DNA of 26,242 bases, filler included, from an uncultured virus (IMG/VR IMGVR_UViG_2061766007_000711) (Duplodnaviria; Heunggongvirae; Uroviricota; Caudoviricetes). It is 2 parts of one record of this genome, joined end to end, with 100 filler letters (N's around TTAATTAATTAA, not from the genome) between each part and the next. Parts side by side here need not be neighbours in the genome. Positions count along the whole stretch, not along the records: positions 1,713 to 26,242 come from IMGVR_UViG_2061766007_000711; 1 more part is not named here. One strand, written 5' to 3'. Shown here piece after piece: positions 18,389 to 26,242 of this stretch; position 1 is the first letter of the stretch, and each line of letters begins with the position of its first letter. Below the pieces are notes generated by a model. That model was not told the origin of the DNA. It did no database searches and was given only the letters and a program-made list of their open reading frames with translations. A program made the position numbers and the translations under genes.

Positions 18389-20596
18389 ATGGGACATTTT
18401 GACGGAAAATTGCAGGAAGCGGTTGAGAAGGCCATTACGCACGCTAAGGATAAGTCATTCTATAGCTGCCTTACTGCACATGGGTTTTACGATGTCGCCG
18501 ATACCAATAACGGACTGAAGGATTGGCAGCGCGCATCCGTACCTGAATACAACCAGGCGAGGATGACGGCGCTTGCTGAATCCATAGCCGACATGATTCA
18601 GGATGTCCTTGCGAATCCGGAATACGGGATTCTCACCACTACGCTCGAGGAAATCATAAACAAGCTCGACCTCCGCGCATCCATGACAGCAAGCGAGATG
18701 GATGCAGTCGGCGGAGCGGTCGGCGGTATCACCGGGGGCGCTTCGGAGGCAACCAGGCAGGCCATGTCTGCGCAGGTCGCCGCCGCCATGGGCGGGAACA
18801 AGTTCGACCCGGATGTCATTCCCCCGATTTCGCTTGGCCTCAGTGGTCTCCCGTTCTCGATTTCCAACTGCTACAAGCCCGGCATGCTGGCACCCGACTA
18901 TAACTTCATGTACGAGCGCGAGCCCGAGAAGCACGACGGGTTCTACATACACGACAACAAGCTCTACATAGGCGCGGGCATCCCGATTGACATCGGCGGC
19001 CCTGTGAAGATTCTCGTGCTCCGCACCATCTTCGGCGTTCCCAACATAGACAAGGGCGGCACTCCGGAAGGAGACATCGAGGGCGGCCTCACCATGGAGG
19101 AGTTCCAGGTTATTCAGAATAACATGGAAGCTGTGCCGGCAGATGCGATGGCCAAAGAGGAGGTGAAGTCCTTCAAGCTTACCGACAAGCAGATGCGTGC
19201 CTGCTACTACCGGTACCTTCACTTCATTCTCTGGCAGCCGATAACCAACCAGAACAACTGGGGATTCTTGCACTGGGGCGCCCTCGCGAACAACGCATGC
19301 CCGGAACAGGTACGTACGGCGCTGTGCAGCTTCATCAGGACGAACGGCCTCGCCCTTGACCCGGTAAACGGCAAGGAGGCTTGCATGATTAGTCACTGCC
19401 TCAATGCGGGAATGGCATACCTTATCGGCCGGGACACCCCGGTAACCCTGGTCGGGGTATCCAAGAAGACGCTTACCGCTCTTGACCCGAACAAGGATGA
19501 GGTAAGAGTACTTCCGGAAAAGGCATTGCAGTACGACTCGGTCAAGAAGAACAAGGAGATGGCGTTCCTTCACTTCACGTGGATTGCCGACATCCTGTCG
19601 CACATGACTAACGGTACGTCCGATAATGACGTCGAAATCCGCAAGCGCCGTGTCGCCGAGGCGAACCTCATCTATGGACTGGTAGGTCTCCCGAAGATTC
19701 CATATGGCGCCCCGCTCGCGAAGTACCCGAGGGAGCTTACCGGGCAGAAACTGGTTGCCCGCGGCGTCGCGGAACTGATGAGCAAGACGACCACCTATGT
19801 CTTCAACAACACGGTAGACAGCCTGGTTGCCGGCGGTGACGTGAAGATAGTGTACCAGTCAAAGAAGATTGACCCGGACGGAACCATCCTTCAGGAACGC
19901 TCCAAGCAGGTACTCCGATATGCGGGCGCGGTATCCGGGATAAAGGTGATGCCGATTGCCTCGCTTGTCCGTACGCCGCTGTCACAGGGAGGTACCATGG
20001 CGTACAACTGGCACCATGGAAAGCGAATCAAGTACAAGGGTGCCAAGCCGGTCAACGACCTTTATGTGCAACGGTGTGCGGAGCATCCAGACCAGTGCAA
20101 GTCTCCCGGATACCTGAAGGACGATTACTTCAATCGCAAGGTCCGCCAGGAGATGATTGACATGTGCCTCAAACTGTACAACGACGGCGTGACCGTGTCA
20201 CTGCACTGTCTCAACCCGGTTAAAATACAGGCAATCGACATCTCCAACAACGACATGGAGAACAAGTATCACTACTCGCATGACCAGGTGCTAAGGCTGG
20301 GCTCGGTGTTCAACGACCTCAAGAAGAAGAACTATATCAAGTCCTACATCGAGCCGGACTGCTTCACCCCGAAGCCGAAGACTGGTACCGGCGAGCCGGC
20401 CTTCCATATCGCGGTATGGATTGACTCTGCAGGGAAGGGATACGAGAAGCTGCAGCTTCCGATGGCGGAAAGCTCCAAGGAAACGATGTCGCCTACCGAT
20501 AAGGACCAGACCGTCACGATGGACCTGGCAAGCTTCACCTCCGCAGCGGCGCTAGACGCGGTATTCGCCAAGGACAACGTGGACTCGAAGAAGTAA
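18389..20596 (+). CDS. 735-aa probable virion-associated peptidoglycan hydrolase: T4-lysozyme/pesticin-like domain plus M15-like zinc peptidase domain
   Basis: Lysozyme-like motifs DYNFMYERE...LYIGAG...PEQVRTALCSF...IRKRRVAEANLI; M15-like motifs SLVRTPLSQ...SLHC...AIDIS...EPAFHI. Confidence 0.65.
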   Translation: MGHFDGKLQEAVEKAITHAKDKSFYSCLTAHGFYDVADTNNGLKDWQRASVPEYNQARMTALAESIADMIQDVLANPEYGILTTTLEEIINKLDLRASMTASEMDAVGGAVGGITGGASEATRQAMSAQVAAAMGGNKFDPDVIPPISLGLSGLPFSISNCYKPGMLAPDYNFMYEREPEKHDGFYIHDNKLYIGAGIPIDIGGPVKILVLRTIFGVPNIDKGGTPEGDIEGGLTMEEFQVIQNNMEAVPADAMAKEEVKSFKLTDKQMRACYYRYLHFILWQPITNQNNWGFLHWGALANNACPEQVRTALCSFIRTNGLALDPVNGKEACMISHCLNAGMAYLIGRDTPVTLVGVSKKTLTALDPNKDEVRVLPEKALQYDSVKKNKEMAFLHFTWIADILSHMTNGTSDNDVEIRKRRVAEANLIYGLVGLPKIPYGAPLAKYPRELTGQKLVARGVAELMSKTTTYVFNNTVDSLVAGGDVKIVYQSKKIDPDGTILQERSKQVLRYAGAVSGIKVMPIASLVRTPLSQGGTMAYNWHHGKRIKYKGAKPVNDLYVQRCAEHPDQCKSPGYLKDDYFNRKVRQEMIDMCLKLYNDGVTVSLHCLNPVKIQAIDISNNDMENKYHYSHDQVLRLGSVFNDLKKKNYIKSYIEPDCFTPKPKTGTGEPAFHIAVWIDSAGKGYEKLQLPMAESSKETMSPTDKDQTVTMDLASFTSAAALDAVFAKDNVDSKK

Positions 20597-20605
20597 GGAA
20601 GGATT

Positions 20606-21340
20606 ATGTCACAGCTCTATATAGACAGCAAGCAGAAGTTCGACGACATGGTGTACGGCTACCTGGTCAAGCGCCTCACCCAGCCCTATACCGAGACCGA
20701 CGCATTCGGCACCGGCCATATCGACGAACACGGCAACGAGCTCCGCAGCGACGAGGACTGGTCCTACACCAAGCTCGACCGCCTCGTGTTCGACCTCCGC
20801 GCAGCCGCAGGCGACAATATCAAGAAAGTTCTCCATGACGACTACTCGGGCGTCGACGCCCTCTCCCTCATGACCGGACGCCTCGACCCAAAGGACTACT
20901 CCTCCCGCTTCGCACCCGTCGTGAAGCTCGTCGAGGAGGCCGGATATCTCCCGGAATCTACCAGGGGGCAGCCCGGCCAGCCACAGGATGACCCGGGTAA
21001 CGGAATGTCGGCAACGGACCGCGTATCCTTCGCGCTCACGGTTGCCACCGCGCTCGTCACCTGCCTACTCAAGGACCGCGCGGTGAATGCCGCCGAGTTC
21101 GACCGGGAGGTCCTCCCCTCCACCGAGGCCACCTTCGGAGTACGCTCCATAGGTAGCGCCGAGGAGGTACTGGGGTATCTCCGGGAGAACGGCCTCATGG
21201 ACCCGCGCGACATCACCCCGGCAGGCACCAGGCTCGCCGTGGCACTCGCACGGGAGATTATCAAGAACAACCTGGCACGCCCCAAGGGAGGCGGAGCCGA
21301 CAACAAGGCAGTCACCTGGGAGGAACTGAGCCGTGCCTAG
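20606..21340 (+). CDS. 244-aa hypothetical protein, probably virion-associated
   Basis: SD AAGGAAGG; conserved in the second haplotype. The N-terminus (KRLTQPY..TDAF..GHIDE.GN....YTKLDRLVFDLR) resembles, from memory, a conserved uncharacterised T4-like phage family. Confidence 0.7.
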   Translation: MSQLYIDSKQKFDDMVYGYLVKRLTQPYTETDAFGTGHIDEHGNELRSDEDWSYTKLDRLVFDLRAAAGDNIKKVLHDDYSGVDALSLMTGRLDPKDYSSRFAPVVKLVEEAGYLPESTRGQPGQPQDDPGNGMSATDRVSFALTVATALVTCLLKDRAVNAAEFDREVLPSTEATFGVRSIGSAEEVLGYLRENGLMDPRDITPAGTRLAVALAREIIKNNLARPKGGGADNKAVTWEELSRA

Positions 21341-21421
21341 CAGCTACAACGGCAGGCCGCTGTTCACGGTGGGCCTGACCGACTTCATAGCCGTCACCGA
21401 GGCAGTACACGGGGGCAAGAG
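21333..21421 (+). CDS. N-terminus of a small hypothetical protein (GTG start overlapping the upstream gene); its C-terminus is probably 23764-23884
   Basis: GGAGG upstream; MPSSYNGRPLFTVGLTDFIAVTEAVHGGK then a gap. Confidence 0.55.
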
Positions 21422-21431
21422 NNNNNNNNNN

Positions 21432-22959
21432 CCTCGAGGGCGGCCTCACAATGGAGGAGTTCCAGGTAATTCAGAAGGTGATGGACATGCCTCCCGCCGT
21501 TGCCCTCGACCGCGACGATGTCAAGGACTTCAAGCTCAGCGACAAGCAGATGCGCTCCGCATTCTACCGCTATATACACTTTATCCTCTGGCAGCCACTG
21601 TCCAACCAGAACAACTGGGGATACCTGCACTGGGGCGTAATCACCAACAACGCTTGCCCGGAGAAACTCCGCACGGCAATATGCAGCTTCCTCCGCACGA
21701 ACGGCCTTGCCCTCGACCCGGCAGTAAACCCGGATGCATGCATGATTTGCCACTGCCTCAACGCGGGCATGGCATACTATGTCGGCAGGGACACCCCGGT
21801 GACCCTCGTGAGCATCCCGAACGCCAATCTCACCTTCTGGGACAGCAAGAAGAAGGAGGGAGGTACCGTACCTGCGTCCCTCAGGAAGGCCCAGCAGTAT
21901 CCGGGAGTGAAGAAGGACAAGAAACTGGCATACCTGCACTTCACGATTATCGCCGACATTCTGTCCCGCATGACGCTGGGTACCTCGGTTAACGACGTGG
22001 AACTCCGCAAGCGCCGCGTATCGGAGGCGAACCTTATCTATGGAATGGTCGGCCTGCCGGAAATAGAGTACGGCAAGTCCCCGGCATCGCTCGATTCCGA
22101 ACTTACCGGAAAGGCCCTCGAGAAGCGCGGCCTGCCTGACCTCATGTGCGACACTACAATCTACGTGTTCAAGAACGAGGCCGACAACCTTGTGGCCGGC
22201 GGCGATGTCAAGATTGTCCTACAGGACAAGAAGCTCGACCCGGATGGCGATATACTCCAGGAACGCTCCAAGAAGGTCATGCAGTATGCCGGTGCACTCG
22301 CCGGTATCAAGGTCATGCCGGTGTCATCTCTCCTCCGTACCGCGTACGAGCAGGGAAGAATCATGGGTGACAACTGGCACCACGGAAACCGAATCAACTA
22401 CCGTGGCGCACAGCCGGTCAACGAGGTGTACAAGGCGGACGCTACGGCACACCCCGGACCGCAACCGGGATACGTGTCCAACGAGCGGTACAATACGTAT
22501 ACCCGCCCGGCAATGATTAAGAAGGCAAAGGAACTCTACGACAAGGGAGTCACCCTCTCCCTGCATACCACCGACCCCACCAAGGTACAGGCCGTAGACA
22601 TATCCTACAAGTGGCTCGAGAACAAGTACCACTACCCGCATGACCAGGTGGTCAGACTCGGACACGTTTTCCAGGAACTCAAGAAGCAGGGAATACTGAA
22701 GAACTACCTGCAGCCCGACAGCTTCACCCCTCCGCCGAAGAAGGGTACGGGCGAACCGGCTTTCCACATAGAGATTTACACCTCGGGTCCCGGCAGCGAG
22801 ATTGGACTTCGCCTCGCCGAGGAGAACCCGGGCGCGATGTCCCCCACCGAGGAGAACGGACAGGAGGTCATCATGGCGAACAGGAACTTCCTGTCGGCAG
22901 CAACGATGGACGCCCCGCTAGTCAAGGACAGCGTGGACTCGAAGAAGGAGGAGGCATAG
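21432..22959 (+). CDS. Lysozyme-like plus M15-like protein, haplotype B (N-terminus missing)
   Basis: Colinear with ~19075-20596; retains LRKRRVSEANLI, SLHTT...AVDIS and EPAFHIE. Confidence 0.8.
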
Positions 22960-22960
22960 G

Positions 22961-23332
22961 ATGTCCCAGCTCTACATGGACAACAAGAAGAAGTTTGACG
23001 ACATGGTCTACGGATACATCGTGAAGCGTCTCACCCAGCCGTACGCCGAGACGGACGCCTTCGGTACCGGACATATCGACGAACAGGGAAACGAACTCCG
23101 TGACGACGAGGACTGGTCCTATACGAAACTCGACCGCCTCGTGTTCGACCTCCGCGCTCTTGCCGGTGACAGCATCAAGCAGGTACTCCATGACGACTAC
23201 TCCGCAGTAGACGCACTCGCCCTCATGACCGGACGCCTCGACCCCAAGGACTACTCCGCACGATTCGCCCCGATAGTAAAACTGGTCGAGGAGGCCGGAT
23301 ATCTCCCGGAATCCACCCGGGGGCAGCCCGGG
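22961..23332 (+). CDS. 244-aa hypothetical protein, haplotype B, N-terminal half
   Basis: Matches 20606-~20977. Confidence 0.85.
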
Positions 23333-23342
23333 NNNNNNNNNN

Positions 23343-23429
23343 ACATGGCTTTTACGACGTCGCCGACACGGACAATAGTCTGTCCGACTGGGAACGCGCA
23401 TCCGTACCTGATTACAACCAACATAAGAT
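23343..23429 (+). CDS. Displaced N-terminal fragment of the haplotype-B lysozyme/M15 protein
   Basis: The frame from 23344 reads HGFYDVADTDNSLSDWERASVPDYNQHK, versus HGFYDVADTNNGLKDWQRASVPEYNQAR at ~18479. Confidence 0.85.
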
Positions 23430-23763
23430 NNNNNNNNNNGCTCCTGGCCAGGAACATTCAGTCCACGGAACTGAGGGACTATTTCGTGGATACAAGGAAG
23501 CCATTTTTCGCAGTCGCCTATGACGATGTAATAGTTTCATANNNNNNNNNNTAGGATTGTCACCCACCCGAGGAAGTACGGCGTGGGCAACCCGAAGGGC
23601 CCGTACTTCGACAGAATTTTCAACAGGCAGGAGACGGACCGCCAGGTCGAGCTCTCCAAGAACCTCGTGGGCCAGGGCGTCAACGAGATGATGTTCCCGA
23701 ACGGGATTTCCCCGGACGGGTACAGCACCTTCACCCCGATGCTCGGCGTCTCCNNNNNNNNNN

Positions 23764-23884
23764 ACTCCTGGCCAGGAACATCCAGTCCACGGAGCTGAGG
23801 GACTATTTCGTGGAGACAAGGAAGCCATTTTTCGCAGTCGCCTATGACGATGTAATAGTTTCATATGGCGGAAAGGACAAGTAA
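23764..23884 (+). CDS. C-terminus of the small protein preceding the portal (duplicate at 23440-23541)
   Basis: LLARNIQSTELRDYFVETRKPFFAVAYDDVIVSYGGKDK*, with the stop 2 nt before the portal ATG. Confidence 0.7.
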
Positions 23885-23886
23885 TC

Positions 23887-26242
23887 ATGCTCTGGAGACC
23901 TAACAAGCACCCCGACAGCATAGGGACGAGGATTGTGACCCACGCCAGGAAGTACGGCGTGGCCAACCCGAAGGGCCCGTACTTCGACAGGATTTTCAAC
24001 AGGCAGGAGACTGACCGCCAGGTCGAGCTCTCCAAGAACCTCGTGGGCCAGGGTGTCAACGAGATGATGTTCCCGAACGGTATTTCCCCGGACGGGTACA
24101 GTACCTTCACCCCGATGCTCGGTGTCTCCGACAAGAAGGTCGACCCCGAGACCGTGCACAACGCCATCGCGGAGAACCAGGCGAACCTCTACTGGAAGAA
24201 GAACGTCGAGCGTGCGATGAAGTACAACACCGTCGCCGGCCGTTCCGAGGTCAACGAGTCCCTGATGCAGATTTGCAACGAGGCCGTCTACGAGGACGAG
24301 AACGACGAAATCTGCGTCCTCCAGATTTCCAAGGACGCCGACATCGGCGAGTCCACCCAGACCCGCATGCACCGTATCTTCCGCCGCCAGGTTCTTACCG
24401 AGTTCCTCAACTTCTACGACGACGGCGACAAGTACATGCACTACCTCCTCGTCCACGGGCGAGTCTTCTTCGAAGTCTCGTATGACGAGAACTCCGGCGC
24501 CATCAAGGGAGTCCAGATGCTCCCCGAGGAGAACATGATTGTCGTCATCCAGGACAACATCATCATCGGATACCGCCAGATGCTCACCGGTTCCATTACC
24601 ATGTATACCGGCGGCAAGAACTATATAGACTACTCGCCTAACCAGATTCTCTACGCCTCCCTCGGCATGAACGGCCCCGGCGGCGTCAACGACCCCCGCT
24701 CCATCCTCGAGCCGGCCATCAAGCCCTACAACCAGCTCAACACCATCGAGGACTCCGTCGTCATGTACCGTATCCTCTGGGGCTCCGAGAAGCTCGTCCT
24801 CAAGGTCGATACCTCAGGCATGCCCAAGGACAAGGCCGAGAAGTTCATGAAGGACCAGGCCAAGNNNNNNNNNNATTCTTCGAAGTCTCATATGACGAGA
24901 ACACCGGAACCATCAAGGGTGTCCAGATGCTCCCCGAGGAGAACATGATTATAGTCATACAGGACAACATCATCATCGAATACCGCCAGATGCTTACCGG
25001 TGCAATCACCATGTACACCGGCGGCAAGAACTATATTGACTACTCACCGAACCAGATTCTCTACGCCTCACTCGGCATGAACGGCCCCGGCGGAGTAAAC
25101 GACCCCCGATCCATCCTTGAGCCGGCCATCAAGCCGTACAACCAGTTGAATACCATCGAGGACTCGGTCGTCATGTACCGTATCCTCTGGGGCTCCGAGA
25201 AGCTTGTCCTCAAGGTCGATACCTCCGGNNNNNNNNNNATGTTCTCCCGCAAGCTCGACTACAACTCCCTCACCGGCGAGGTGACCAACTTCGGAAAGGT
25301 CGTAGGCCTTACCGAGCACTTTATCCTCGGCCTATCCCAGGGACGTACCGGCTCCTCCATCGAGCGCATGAATAGCGGCGAACAGCTGGGCAACATCGAC
25401 GACCTCAAGTTCTTCAAGCGCAACNNNNNNNNNNCCAGCTGGGCAACATCGACGACCTCAAGTTCTTCAAGAGGAACCTCGTCAACTCCCTCATGGTCCC
25501 CCCGGGACGCATCACCTCCCTCGCCGGCGACTCGCAGAACTACTCACAGGGCAAGATAGGCGAGGTCACCGTCGCCGAAATCTCCTTCGCCCGCCTCATC
25601 CNNNNNNNNNNNNNNNNNNNNNNNNNNNNCTCCTCCTCATGGTCCTCGATACCGACAGGAAGGTCGCCGACAAGTACAAGGTGCCCATGAACTTCCGTAT
25701 CAAGTTCAAGAGGGCCAACGGATTCAACGACTTCATCGGCGCCGAGGTCTGGAACACCAGGCTCAACATCTTCGGCCTCATGATGCAGCACACCGCATCC
25801 AAGGACAACCCCGACGGCGTCCTCGCCAAGGAGTTCGCGCTCCGCAGGGGCCTCGGGCTCAACGACGCGGACTACCTCGAGAACAAGGCCATGCTCAAGC
25901 GCGAGAAGGCCGAGGCCATGGGCGAGACCGCCCCGCCGGAAGGCGCCGAGGAGGGTGGCGGCGCANNNNNNNNNNCCTCATCGGCCTCTCCCAGGGACGT
26001 ACCGGTTCATCAATCGAGAGAATGCAGGGCGGCGAACAGCTGGGCAACATCGACGACCTCAAGTTCTTCAAGCGCAACCTCGTCAACTCCCTGATGGTCC
26101 CTCCCGGACGCATCACGGCGCTCGCCGGGGACAACCAGAGCTACACCCAGGGTAAGATTGGCGAGGTCACTGTCGCCGAAATCACCTTCGCGCGCCTCGT
26201 CCAGAAGTACCAGAAGCCAATGCGGGCCATCCTGCTGAAGCT
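23887..26242 (+). CDS. T4 gp20-like portal protein, fragmented and multiply represented (main piece 23887-24864; further pieces 23552-23753, 24875-25228, 25239-25424, 25435-25601, 25630-25965, 25976-26242)
   Basis: EVNESLMQICNEAV, LVHGRVFFE, SILEPAIKPYNQLNTIEDSVVMYR, MPKDKAEKFM, GEQLGNIDDLKFFKRNL..SLMVPPGR and AEISFARL are all colinear with T4 gp20-family motifs. Confidence 0.9.

Noticed and set aside
1..26242. Stop-codon reassignment, as seen in some large gut phages
   Set aside because: TAG, TGA and TAA each end genes at sensible boundaries, and long ORFs are uninterrupted under code 11.

Overview
This is a fragment of a large, T4-superfamily-like (probably jumbo) phage genome. All credible genes lie on the + strand and use the standard genetic code. 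The window is a chimeric metagenomic scaffold: pieces of at least two (at the portal, three) related phage haplotypes are interleaved across about 30 N-gaps, and one join is a synthetic N44-TTAATTAATTAA-N44 linker. After de-duplication the gene order is: acidic ORF end, terminator, Rad50/SbcC-type (gp46-like) ATPase translationally coupled to an M16 zinc peptidase, a ~1466-aa probable virion protein carrying an apparently disarmed M15 peptidase domain, a ~500-aa beta-rich structural protein, an acidic repeat/coiled-coil protein resembling a prohead core protein, terminator, a 735-aa lysozyme-fold plus M15 peptidase protein, a 244-aa protein, a small protein, and a T4 gp20-like portal. A shared (T)ATAAACT motif, a likely late promoter, precedes the structural genes. 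The most interesting signals are the Rad50-like ATPase/M16 protease two-gene unit with no adjacent gp47, the paired dead and intact peptidoglycan-hydrolase modules, and the strain-variable AT-rich core of the giant protein. All family assignments come from motif recognition by eye; no searches were run.
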